A stretch of DNA of 60,236 bases, filler included, from Malassezia furfur (lineage: Eukaryota), in assembly GCA_052055015.1 (NCBI GenBank). It is 5 parts of 5 records of this genome, joined end to end, with 100 filler letters (N's around TTAATTAATTAA, not from the genome) between each part and the next. Parts side by side here need not be neighbours in the genome. Positions count along the whole stretch, not along the records: positions 48,362 to 60,236 come from JBQJIT010000350.1; 4 more parts are not named here. One strand, given 5' to 3'. The stretch's first letter is position 1. Every line of letters begins with the position of its first letter. Both the position numbers and the translations under genes were made by a program. The notes beneath the pieces were generated by a model. That model was not told the origin of the DNA and ran no database searches. It was given only the letters and a program-made list of their open reading frames with translations. Below are positions 48,362-57,980 of this stretch, in pieces.

Positions 48362-48546
48362 CGGCGCGGACGCTGCTGCACCGCACGGGGGGGCAGCGCG
48401 CCGGGCTGTACGGCGCCACGACGCCCGGGCGTACGCCGCGCACAGCGACGCGCGAAGACGCGGCGCGGCAGAGCCGCATCGGTGCACAGCGCTGGACCCC
48501 TGCGCCGAGCCCCGCGGCAAGCCCCGTGGTGCGTCGTGATCCGTAG
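48362..48546 (+). CDS. 3' end of a gene, possibly the ESS2/DGCR14 splicing factor
   Basis: Open frame ARTLLHRT...TPGRTP...RWTPAPSP...DP* ending at TAG 48544-48546. Family assignment is a weak resemblance only. Confidence 0.4.
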
Positions 48547-48560
48547 ACGGTCTATGCCAG

Positions 48561-49631
48561 CTAGATACCCCAAATCATGACCTTAGCATCCCAGCCGCCC
48601 GTCGCAACGGAGCCGCCCGTCGGACTCACCCGCACGCACGCGATCCGTGCGTCGTGGCCGCGCAGAACGCCGATGCGTTCGGAGCGGAGGGTATCCCAGA
48701 GCTGTGCGTCGTTGTCCTCCGAGGCGCTCACGAGCACACGCCCCGACTTGGAGAACGCGACGGACGTCACGCCTGCGTGGTCCGTGCCGTGCGAATAGTT
48801 GGCCAGCTCGCGGTTCGCCCGCATGTCGAACAGGCGGCTCGTCGCGTCGTCTGAGCCGGTCGCGATCGCGAAGCCGTCCGGAAAGTAGTCGACGGCATTC
48901 ACGTCGCGTGCGTGCCCCGCAAACATCTGCACGGGGTGTGTAGTGCGTGTGTCCCAGATAAAGGCGCGCGCATCGCACGAGCCAGACACAAAGAGGTGGG
49001 GGTCCTTGGGCGAGAGGGCGACGCTGGTGACGTCGCCCATGTGCCCGGTAAAGTGCCGTATGCGGCTCTCGGTCTCAATGTCCCACAGCGCACACGTCGC
49101 GTCGCCGGAGCCGGTGACCATCTCGCGGTCGCTGCGGAAGCGGCAGGCACTCACGTATGCCGTATGGCCGATCAGCTCGCGCGCGACGGGCACCTCGACG
49201 ACCGACTGTTTCCGCCGGAGGTCATACACGCTGCAGACGTTGTCGAGCCCACCGGAGGCGATGAGGTGCCCCGACGGCGCGTACGCACATGACATGACCC
49301 AATTCATGCGCAGCGTCACGGCCTGCACCTTGTGGCCGGTGTACGCATTCCACAAAATGAGGTGGCCGTCCTGCGATGCGGACAGCAGATGCAGGCCGTC
49401 TGAGGCCCAGTCGACCGCATACACCTTGGCATTCGGGCACCGGAGCACGTTGCGCCGTTTCAGCGCGAGCATGCGCAGCGACGGCACATTTGCAGCAGCC
49501 GCGCGTACTGTGTCAGGGGTCGACGTACATGTTGTATCAGATAGGCTTGCATTTCTGCTCTGAATTCGGTCCTTCAGCAGATCGGATTCGATCCGCGCAG
49601 CAGCAATCGCATCCTGCAGCGGGGCGGCCAT
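48561..49631 (-). CDS. GPB1: Heterotrimeric G-protein beta subunit; probable in-frame intron 49508-49528
   Basis: SASQDGHLILWNAYT, WVMSCAYAPSG, GGLDNVCSVY, TGSGDATCALWD, SGSCD, ATGSDDATSRLFD. Confidence 0.94.
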   Translation of the reverse strand: MAAPLQDAIAAARIESDLLKDRIQSRNASLSDTTCTSTPDTVRAAAANVPSLRMLALKRRNVLRCPNAKVYAVDWASDGLHLLSASQDGHLILWNAYTGHKVQAVTLRMNWVMSCAYAPSGHLIASGGLDNVCSVYDLRRKQSVVEVPVARELIGHTAYVSACRFRSDREMVTGSGDATCALWDIETESRIRHFTGHMGDVTSVALSPKDPHLFVSGSCDARAFIWDTRTTHPVQMFAGHARDVNAVDYFPDGFAIATGSDDATSRLFDMRANRELANYSHGTDHAGVTSVAFSKSGRVLVSASEDNDAQLWDTLRSERIGVLRGHDARIACVRVSPTGGSVATGGWDAKVMIWGI

Positions 49632-49714
49632 CGCCCAGGCAATGCACGACGCTCACGAGGCCGCGGAGTAGCGCCCACTTCGGCCGAACCCGCGCACGTC
49701 CGTCGGCCTCCACC

Positions 49715-52700
49715 ATGGCACTGCGCGGTGAGCCGCGCGCGCAGCGGCGGTCCGCGTTCGAGCACTTTGACGAGAGCCGCTGGCTCACGGGCGTGCGTGA
49801 GCGCCTCCGTACGGCGCTGTGGGAGCATGCCGAGCCACTCGATACGGTAGCGCCCCCCGCGCCCCCCGAGCACGACGACGTCCCCGAGGATCCACACGCC
49901 AAGGCGCATATGCAGCGCGCGTCGGACGCGATGCAGGAGCTGCTTGCGCTCGGTGGCATCGTCGATGAAGAGCACAATAGGCCTGTGCGTGTGGACGGCT
50001 TTGCAGAACGCGTATGGCGCGTCGATCAGCCGCCAGAGGAGTCGACACCCTCGTCGCTCTTCTCTGCATTCGACCGCGGGACCGGCGTCGACATTGATGC
50101 TTTGCTCCAGTTCCGTATGCAGGCGGCCGAGCGGGAGGAGGCACGAGCTGATGCGCCAAAGCCAAAAAAGCCGAAGCCTATGATTGAAGAGATTGGCTCG
50201 GATACGCGAGAGAGCGCGCGGGAGACGGAAGAAAGCAGCGAGAGCGAGGAGAGCGAGAGCGAGAGCGAAGAAAGCGAGGAGGGCGAGGAGGGCGAGGAGA
50301 GCGAGGAGAGCGAGGAGAGCAAGAGTGACGAGAGCGAAGAACGCGACGCAAGCGATGCGTACGACGAAGAGGACGAACTCGTCGACGACCAGGGACGTGG
50401 TGCATCTCAGGTTCAACCGGAAGCTGACGATACACATGTCCTTCCCGCCGCACATGACTCACCCTCCCACCATGCCGAAGGACCTTACGAGGACGACCAA
50501 GACGGCGAAGAGTACGGCTCCGAAGAAGAGGGCTACGATGACCATGACGAAGGCGAGTACAGCGAAGAGGCAGACGAGGACGATTTGGCGCCGACATCTA
50601 GCCACTATGATGCAGACGAGCCGCTGCATGACTCGGAATCCATGTACGACTCTGCGTCGTATCCGTCGGTGCCATCCACCGACCGCTTCATGATGCGTCC
50701 ATCGGCGCTTCTGTCGAAGCAGACCCATGCGCGCCCGTCGTATGCATCACACCGTGGGCAAGAAGACTCGCCAATCGTTGTACTTTCCGAGAGCGAGGAC
50801 GAGGAGCGCATCGACGAGGCAGCTCCTGATGACGAACGTGCCGAGTGGTCCGATGCGACGCAGCGTTCGGAGGAAGAGTTTACGGACGACTCGCATACAG
50901 AGGAAGACGACGAGGCAGAGGAAATGGGCGAGGAGGACGAGGAAGACGGGGCTCATGCGCCAATGCCAGAGCATTCCGATGAGGCGGAAGCGGCCTCTGA
51001 AGACGAGATGGACGATCCTGATGGACCACGTCCTGCCGGCGATGCAACCATGGAGACGGGCGAGACAGACGACGCCATGCGGGAAGATCATGGCGAAACA
51101 GTCGTGGCACAAGCGCCTGGGCCATCAGCGATGCAAGAGACAGGGACGGCTGCAGAAGACACCGCAGTAGACGCTGGAGCGGCGAAAGGCGGCCTAGACC
51201 CTGCCCATCCCCACAACACACTCGACGAAGACGAACGGGCCGGGGAGGACGTCCAAGACAGCGCCGAAGCTCATCCCCCGATGGAGGACGGTGCCGAACT
51301 GGACGCCAGGGAGGACACTGCCCCCGCGACTGACCCAGACAAGGAGGATGCCGAGGCTGTCTCGGATGCACGCACGGCTGCACCACATGAGGACCACGCC
51401 GAGAACCATCCCTCTTCGCCGATCCGCTTCTCGAAAGAGGCGCACGACGAGGCGCAACAAGCAGGACACTCTGCCGATACCTTTGCGCGCGAGTTGGCGT
51501 CCGAGATGGGATTGGAGATGCCACTGTCTATGCCTGAGGTGTCTGGCGCCATTGCCGAGGATGCATGGCCGTCGTTCGCCCATACGCTGCATACGGGAGC
51601 GCCGCTTTCGGCGCCGCTTTTGCTGGATGACGAGGGCCATCCACGCTTTGACATGTCGGCTCTGCTGCATGACGAATATGCAGAGGCCCACGGCCACGAA
51701 GGGTCTCACCGTATGCCGCTGCGGTACGGTGCGCTGCCTATGGACGATCGCGAGGCCGGCGAGGCAGCGGAGGAAGACAAACCAACCGAGGCACATCCAG
51801 ACAAGGCACCTACGGAGCTGGCTTCCCAGACAGTGAGCCGCGCATCCACACCGGCAGATGCCGAAGAGGACGGTGTGGCTGCATCAGAAGACGCCGAAGC
51901 CGCCGAGGAAGACGATGCAGGCGTCCCGGAGAGTGTGGACGCTGCCAACGATGCTGCCGGCGCGGCGGACGTCGTTCATGCTACCAACGACGATGTTCCT
52001 ACCAAGCAAGATGTAGAAACAGCCTCTGTCGACGGTGCAGTTCCCGCAGAACTGGGCACGGCCCAAAAGGAGGAGGCCGCGCAGTTGGACGCAGAGACCG
52101 CGGAGCGCCGCACCAATGTGGAGGCCCAGGACGAGGAAGGCCGTGCGCGACCCACCTCGCCGCGTGCTGTCGACGCCAAGTCGGATGAGGCGTCCCCCTC
52201 TTCGCGTGGAGATCACGGCCCAGATGTGGCTGAGCCCAACACCGAGTCCGAGATACCCCAGGACGGCGATCATTCCGCCGACCAAGTCGAGGCGGCACTG
52301 CCGAAACGCGGCGCCGTAACCACCTCGCAGGCCCATGCGGCACACACGAGCCGGCATGCGTCGGACGGCCCGATTACGCGGTCACACTGTACACTGCAGC
52401 GCGTCACTTTGCTGCGCGAAGCGGGCGCGCCGACGTTCCTGGTGCCGTCGTGCGCATTGGACACCGAGACGCTGGACGAGGAGGGCGCCGAGAAGCAGGA
52501 CCTATTTACCGACCAGCTCGAGATGATGCCGCTGGACCCTGGGGCGCTGCCCGAGCCAGTGTACCACGCGCTGTGTCGCATTGTGAGCCCGAGTTTGTTG
52601 GATGATGTGTATGTGACACCGAGCTCGCTGGGGGCGCAGTGGATGGCGCAGGACGATTCCGACACCGCGTCTGACAGTGCATCGCTGCACGATGACCAGG

Positions 52701-52972
52701 ACGTACCCCCCGCTCATGCGGTGCGCCAGACGTACAGCCGGCGCCACCGCCGTCCGCGCAAGTCGGACCCGAGCAGCGACGTGGCCAACTATGTACCCCC
52801 CGAGACGGCGCCGCACCGGCCCTCATCGCCTGCCGACGTCTCGATCGAGGAGCTCGAGGCGCTGGCGGAGCCGTCGCCCAAGCGTGCGCGCACGTCGGCG
52901 TCGCCGCCGCCACGGATGCAGCTGCGCACGGCGCGTGAGCGGCGGCGCACGCGGCGCTTCTCGCCCAGTTAA
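49715..52972 (+). CDS. Large acidic, probably disordered protein of unknown function
   Basis: 1085-codon ORF from CACCATGG; E/D-rich tracts; small folded-looking C-terminal block; basic NLS-like C-terminus. Confidence 0.75.
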   Translation: MALRGEPRAQRRSAFEHFDESRWLTGVRERLRTALWEHAEPLDTVAPPAPPEHDDVPEDPHAKAHMQRASDAMQELLALGGIVDEEHNRPVRVDGFAERVWRVDQPPEESTPSSLFSAFDRGTGVDIDALLQFRMQAAEREEARADAPKPKKPKPMIEEIGSDTRESARETEESSESEESESESEESEEGEEGEESEESEESKSDESEERDASDAYDEEDELVDDQGRGASQVQPEADDTHVLPAAHDSPSHHAEGPYEDDQDGEEYGSEEEGYDDHDEGEYSEEADEDDLAPTSSHYDADEPLHDSESMYDSASYPSVPSTDRFMMRPSALLSKQTHARPSYASHRGQEDSPIVVLSESEDEERIDEAAPDDERAEWSDATQRSEEEFTDDSHTEEDDEAEEMGEEDEEDGAHAPMPEHSDEAEAASEDEMDDPDGPRPAGDATMETGETDDAMREDHGETVVAQAPGPSAMQETGTAAEDTAVDAGAAKGGLDPAHPHNTLDEDERAGEDVQDSAEAHPPMEDGAELDAREDTAPATDPDKEDAEAVSDARTAAPHEDHAENHPSSPIRFSKEAHDEAQQAGHSADTFARELASEMGLEMPLSMPEVSGAIAEDAWPSFAHTLHTGAPLSAPLLLDDEGHPRFDMSALLHDEYAEAHGHEGSHRMPLRYGALPMDDREAGEAAEEDKPTEAHPDKAPTELASQTVSRASTPADAEEDGVAASEDAEAAEEDDAGVPESVDAANDAAGAADVVHATNDDVPTKQDVETASVDGAVPAELGTAQKEEAAQLDAETAERRTNVEAQDEEGRARPTSPRAVDAKSDEASPSSRGDHGPDVAEPNTESEIPQDGDHSADQVEAALPKRGAVTTSQAHAAHTSRHASDGPITRSHCTLQRVTLLREAGAPTFLVPSCALDTETLDEEGAEKQDLFTDQLEMMPLDPGALPEPVYHALCRIVSPSLLDDVYVTPSSLGAQWMAQDDSDTASDSASLHDDQDVPPAHAVRQTYSRRHRRPRKSDPSSDVANYVPPETAPHRPSSPADVSIEELEALAEPSPKRARTSASPPPRMQLRTARERRRTRRFSPS

Positions 52973-53009
52973 CTCGGTAGTGGTTAGTCAGCCCTCGACC
53001 CAGACGACC

Positions 53010-53618
53010 ATGACTTCGCTGTTGCGCCGCGCCGCGGCCCGGACGCCGCCCGTGCGGGCGGCGCGTATGTACAGCGCCCAGTCGCTTCCGCCCATGGAGG
53101 AAATCCGTGCGGAGCAGGAGCGGCGCGAGCAGGAGATCCGCGAGGCGGAGAGCGCCGTGGCGGCGCTCGGCTTCCCGGAGCAGGGCATCCTCCGGCAGCC
53201 GGTCGCGTGGGCGGACGTGGACCAGTTCCGCCATGTGAACAATGCGCACTACATCCGCTGGCTTGAGAATGGGCGCATGCACTGGCTTAAGCAGCTGTCG
53301 CGTAACCTGCCGCAGTCGTTGTACGAGGACATTGAGCAAGGCCGCAACATTGGCGTGATCCTCGCGACCAACTACTGCCGCTACCGTCGCCCGCTCAACT
53401 ACCCCGACACGGCGCTCGTCGGTACGGCGGTGCAGATGCCGCTCGAGCGCAACGACCGTTTCAAGACGCGCTCGGTGATCTACTCCGTGAACCAGCGTGC
53501 GGTGGTCGCCGACGGCGAGAACGACGTTGTGGCGTACGATTACAACAAGTTGCAGAAGACGCCGATGCCGCAGGCGCTGCGCGACGCGCTCGAGGCGTGG
53601 GCCTACCGTGGAAAATAG
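53010..53618 (+). CDS. Hot-dog-fold acyl-CoA thioesterase (4HBT-like), probably mitochondrial
   Basis: PVAWADVDQFRHVNNAHYIRWLENGR, YRRPLNYPD, VAYDY; Arg-rich N-terminus. Confidence 0.88.
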   Translation: MTSLLRRAAARTPPVRAARMYSAQSLPPMEEIRAEQERREQEIREAESAVAALGFPEQGILRQPVAWADVDQFRHVNNAHYIRWLENGRMHWLKQLSRNLPQSLYEDIEQGRNIGVILATNYCRYRRPLNYPDTALVGTAVQMPLERNDRFKTRSVIYSVNQRAVVADGENDVVAYDYNKLQKTPMPQALRDALEAWAYRGK

Positions 53619-53652
53619 GTTCATTACATACGTTTCAATGGGTATTGCTAAC

Positions 53653-55338
53653 TTACACCGAGATCGTCTTGAAAAAGTGGAAGCCGTCGGCGCTCGTGCT
53701 GCCGAGCATGCCGGGGATCTGCGGGTGCCAGTGCACCTCCTTGATCTCGGACGCGCCGTGGTGGCAGAAGAGCAGCTGGCTCGGCACGGGCTCGCCGTTC
53801 GGGCCCTTGGGCAGCTGCGACGCGTCTTCGTCCTCGTCGCGCTCCACGGCCAGGTCCCAGAGCGTCACCTGGTCGTCGCGGCCGCTGGCCGCAAAGATGC
53901 TGTCCTCCTCGCGGTTCCACTCCACCGAGCTGATCGGGCCCTGGTGCCATTCGAAGTGCGCGACGGGCGCCGCCTTTTGCTTTGCCTGGAAGTTGCGCAT
54001 GTCCCACACGTTCAGTGCGCCTTCGTCGCCGCCCGACAGCAGCAGGTACTGCGTACCGTGGTTCCAGCTGATCACGTTGACGTCCTGCGCGTGGGCCTCC
54101 TCGATGGCGAGTGCGGAGCGGCGCGACTTGACACGCACGTCCCAGATCCGGATGCTCCGGTCCGCCGAGCACGACGCAAACACGGTCGGCTCCGACGGGC
54201 TCCACTGCAGGTCCTCGACGCTGCTCGTGTGGCTCTCGAACGGCTGCGGGTTCGTGGTGAAGCCCGTGTTGTTGCTCGTGGTCAAGAAGATCTTGCTGTG
54301 AATGTCGCCAGTGACGAGGCGCAGGTGGCCGCCCTTGCTGCTCGAGCCGCCGCCCAGCAGACCGCCCCAGTCCATCGCATAGCCCTCGACACCACGGTGC
54401 GCCTCGACAGTGTACAACGGGGTGTGTGCGCGCTTCTTGTCAAACGTTGTGCCTGGGTTCTGCAGCACGTTGTACAGCGGCCGTGCGTCAAAGATGGGCA
54501 CTTTGCCCGTCTCAGACCAGACGGCCACCGGGTATGGGTCGAGGCACACCTCGAGGTCCGACGTCGGCGTCGACGTCGGTGCCGCACGCACGCGGTTCAC
54601 TGCACCGAGCGTCGGGATCGTGCGGTACTCGAGGACGGCGTCCTCATCGACGTCGTCGTCATCGTCATCGTCGTCGTCCGAGAGGTCTGTGGTCAGCATG
54701 CTCTTTCGTGCAAGGCGACGGCGTCCGCAGCAGGCTCAGTGGTAAAAAGTTAGGTAGCGAGTTTGTTTTCGGCATCGAGCAAGAGCTCATACAGCCAAAT
54801 GCCTCAAGGCATCCTCGCCGCCGCGGACGCTGTCGCTCCGGTACGTACCATCGTCCTTGGACGTGCGGTGCATGGAGCTGGCCTTCATCACCAGCACCTC
54901 GTTGTTCTTGGCGACGTCCGCCTGCGTGCCCGTGACCAGGTAGGCGGTGTGTGGGAATGCCTGGCGCTGGTTGCCCAGGTTGTCGCGCAGGAAGTCGAAC
55001 GACAGACACGGCCAGGTGACGTTCATGCGGTGCAGCATGTGGTATGCTGACTGGTCCGGCACGAGCGTCTGGCCCTCGGGCAGGGGCTTGCTGCCTGGCA
55101 TGTATGCCTCGGTCGGTGCGGGCTCCTCGTCGTCGTCGTCGCCAAGCTCCTGAATCTTGCCGTGGAGCGGCTGGCCGTCGATGTCCATGGTGTCTTCGTC
55201 GGCCGCGTCAACGACCTCACCCTCGTCGCTCTCGATCTCGTCCTCAAAGGGGTCCTCGAACTCCCCCATCTCATCGTCGTTCTCGACCTGCTTGCGCGCA
55301 GGCCGGTCCTCCGGCTCGGCCAACTCGCGCTTCGACAT
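53653..55338 (-). CDS. RRB1: Ribosome assembly WD40 protein Rrb1/GRWD1; one 162-nt intron 54687-54848
   Basis: [16 protein letters not shown]...[53 protein letters not shown]. Confidence 0.94.
54733..54819 (-). ncRNA. snR13: Intronic box C/D snoRNA, snR13/U15-type (guide for LSU rRNA AGCCAAAUGCCUC)
   Basis: C-like box AGGATGC (54809-54815), D box CTGA (54736-54739), 13-nt antisense GAGGCATTTGGCT (54793-54805), GCTACCT (54752-54758), ~20-bp flanking stem. Ends approximate. Confidence 0.8.
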
Positions 55339-55409
55339 GGTGCAAAGGCAAAGAGCCTGCCTCGCACGCTTTTCCGATTTTTCTTCCGGCCGGGCAAAAA
55401 AAAAGCGGC

Positions 55410-55416
55410 TGAGTCA
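55410..55416. promoter_or_regulatory. TGA(C/G)TCA Gcn4/AP-1 site (contains the Bas1-type TGACTC)
   Basis: TGAGTCA 37 nt upstream of the ADE5,7 ATG, next to an A9 tract. Confidence 0.5.
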
Positions 55417-55453
55417 GCGTGTCGGCGCCGCGGATGCACGGCCTGCCGCTACG

Positions 55454-57862
55454 ATGTCGTCCCTCCGTGCTCTCATTCTCGGCGCCGGTGGCCGCGAGCA
55501 TGCGCTGGCGCTGCACCTGCTGCGCTCCGACCGCGTGGAGCATGTGTACGTTGCGCCCGGCAATGGCGGCACCGCTGTGATGGGCGACCGCTGCTCGAAC
55601 GTCACGTCGCCGAAAGCGTCGGGCGACTTTAGTGCGATTGCACAGTGGGCGGTCGAGAACAACGTGAACCTCGTGGTGCCTGGCCCCGAGGCGCCGCTGG
55701 TCGAGGGTGTGGAGTTTGCGTTCCGCAAAGTGGGCATCCCCGTGTTCGGCCCGTCGCCCGTCGCGGCGCAGATGGAGGGCTCCAAGAAGTTTGCCAAGGA
55801 GTTTATGGACCGGCACAACATCCCCACGGCTGCGTTCCGCTCGTTCACGGCGTCGCAGGTGGACGAGTGCATGCGCTTCATTGCCGAGCTTGGCGGCGCC
55901 AAGAGCGTCGTGCTCAAGGCGAGCGGCCTGGCGGGCGGCAAAGGTGTTCTTCTGCCCGAGACCGAGGAGGAGGCCAAGGAGGGTGTCGAGGACCTCTTGG
56001 TGAAGAAGGTGTTTGGCGACGCGGGCGACGCGCTCGTGGTCGAGGAGCGCCTCGACGGCTCCGAGCTGTCCGTGCTAGCGTTCTCGGACGGGTACACGGT
56101 GCGTGCGCTGCCTGGCTGCCAGGACCACAAGCGCATCGGCGAGGGCGACACGGGCCTCAACACGGGCGGGATGGGCGCCTACTGCCCGACGCCCGATGGC
56201 ACAGCGCCCGGCATGGAGGAGCGCATCCGCAACGAGGTGCTGCTCCCGACGATTGCCGGCATGCGCAAGGACGGCTACCCGTTCGTGGGCATGCTGTTTG
56301 TCGGCCTGATGCTCACGTCCAAGGGCCCCAAGGTACTCGAGTACAATGTACGCTTCGGTGACCCCGAGACCGAGGCGGTGCTCGAGCTGCTCCAGCCGGC
56401 CGGCGCGCTCACCGACATCCTGATGGCGTGCGTGGAGCGCCGCTTGGACTGTGCGGAATTCTCCATCCTGCCCGGCTACGCGGTGAGCGTCGTGATTGCC
56501 AGCGGCGGCTACCCCGGCAAGTACGCGACGGGAGTCCCGATGACGATCGATACGCTGCCCAAGGGCGTCACCGTGTACCATGCCGGGACACGCCTCGAGA
56601 ACGACCAGTTGGTCACTGCGGGAGGGCGTGTCGTCGTGGTGAGCGCGACGGGTGAGACGCTCGAGGAGGCGCTGCAGCACGCGTACGACGGCGTGCGGTG
56701 CGTGCATTTTGACGGGATGGTGTACCGCCGCGACATTGCGCACCGCGCGCTGGCTGCCGCGAAGCAGCAGCGCGACGCCGGCCTGACGTATGCTGCGGCG
56801 GGCGTCGACATCGACGCCGGCAACGCGCTGGTGGAGCGAATCAAGCCGATGGCCAAGAGCACGCAGCGCACGGGGTGCGTGGGCCACCTCGGCGGGTTTG
56901 GCGGCGTGTTTGACCTGGCCGCGCTCCAGTACCGCGACCCGGTGCTGGTGAGCGGCACGGACGGCGTCGGCACGAAGCTGCGTGTTGCGCTCGACTACGG
57001 CAAGCACGACGCGATCGGCATCGACCTTGTGGCGATGTCGGTCAACGACCTGGTCGTGCAGGGTGCGCAGCCGCTCTACTTCCTCGACTACTTTGCGTGC
57101 TCCAAGCTCGATGTCGACACTGCTGCGCAGGTGATCTCGGGCGTCGCCGAGGGCTGTCGCCAGGCGGAGAGCGCGCTGATTGGCGGCGAGACCGCCGAGA
57201 TGCCCGGCATGTACGTGGGCGACGAGTACGACGTGGCGGGCTTTGCGGTCGGCGCCGTGGAGCGCTCAGCGATTCTGCCGCGCACCGACGTGATGCAGGC
57301 GGGCGACAAGCTGCTGGGTCTGCGCAGCAGCGGCGCGCACTCGAACGGCTACTCGCTGCTGCGCAAGTGTGTCGCGCGGGCGCAGGCGTCGCTCGATGCG
57401 CCGCCGCCGTGGGGCGCGCCCGGCTCGGTAGTGGCCGGTGTCGAGACGCCCACGACGCTCGGTGATGCGCTGCTTGCGCCGACGCGTATCTATGTGAAGC
57501 CGCTGGCGTTTGTGCTGCGCTCTACGGACCACGACGTGCTGGGTCTTGCACATATCACCGGCGGTGGCTTCACCGAGAACGTGCCGCGCATGCTGCCCAA
57601 GCACCTCGGTGCGCACATCGACCTCGGTGCGTGGGAGCGCCCGCCGCTGTTCCCGTGGGTGCAGCGTGCGGGCGGCGTTGCACCCGAGGAGATGGCGCGC
57701 ACGTTCAACAACGGCATCGGCATGGTGCTGGTGGTGCCTGCGGCGAAGGCGGACGCGGTGCTTGCGCAGCTGCGTGACGCCGGTGAAGATGCCGTGGCGA
57801 TGGGCGAGCTGACGTCGACGCCCGGCGTGTCCTATAGCGGCCTTGACGGCTGGCGTGTGTAG
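55454..57862 (+). CDS. ADE5,7: Bifunctional GAR synthetase / AIR synthetase
   Basis: [83 protein letters not shown]. Confidence 0.97.
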   Translation: MSSLRALILGAGGREHALALHLLRSDRVEHVYVAPGNGGTAVMGDRCSNVTSPKASGDFSAIAQWAVENNVNLVVPGPEAPLVEGVEFAFRKVGIPVFGPSPVAAQMEGSKKFAKEFMDRHNIPTAAFRSFTASQVDECMRFIAELGGAKSVVLKASGLAGGKGVLLPETEEEAKEGVEDLLVKKVFGDAGDALVVEERLDGSELSVLAFSDGYTVRALPGCQDHKRIGEGDTGLNTGGMGAYCPTPDGTAPGMEERIRNEVLLPTIAGMRKDGYPFVGMLFVGLMLTSKGPKVLEYNVRFGDPETEAVLELLQPAGALTDILMACVERRLDCAEFSILPGYAVSVVIASGGYPGKYATGVPMTIDTLPKGVTVYHAGTRLENDQLVTAGGRVVVVSATGETLEEALQHAYDGVRCVHFDGMVYRRDIAHRALAAAKQQRDAGLTYAAAGVDIDAGNALVERIKPMAKSTQRTGCVGHLGGFGGVFDLAALQYRDPVLVSGTDGVGTKLRVALDYGKHDAIGIDLVAMSVNDLVVQGAQPLYFLDYFACSKLDVDTAAQVISGVAEGCRQAESALIGGETAEMPGMYVGDEYDVAGFAVGAVERSAILPRTDVMQAGDKLLGLRSSGAHSNGYSLLRKCVARAQASLDAPPPWGAPGSVVAGVETPTTLGDALLAPTRIYVKPLAFVLRSTDHDVLGLAHITGGGFTENVPRMLPKHLGAHIDLGAWERPPLFPWVQRAGGVAPEEMARTFNNGIGMVLVVPAAKADAVLAQLRDAGEDAVAMGELTSTPGVSYSGLDGWRV

Positions 57863-57980
57863 ACGCACACACAGGGGAAGCGGCAAACAGGCACGCGGCG
57901 CGCGTGCAGGCGCAGCACGCTGGGGTTCGGCCGATCCGCGTCGCGTACGTATCTCCACACGACGGTTCGGGGCATTGGCC

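Noticed and set aside
15233..49631. Possible mating cluster (Kar4-like gene, G-beta, ABCB exporter)
   Set aside because: The genes are on different contigs, and no pheromone, receptor or homeodomain gene was seen.
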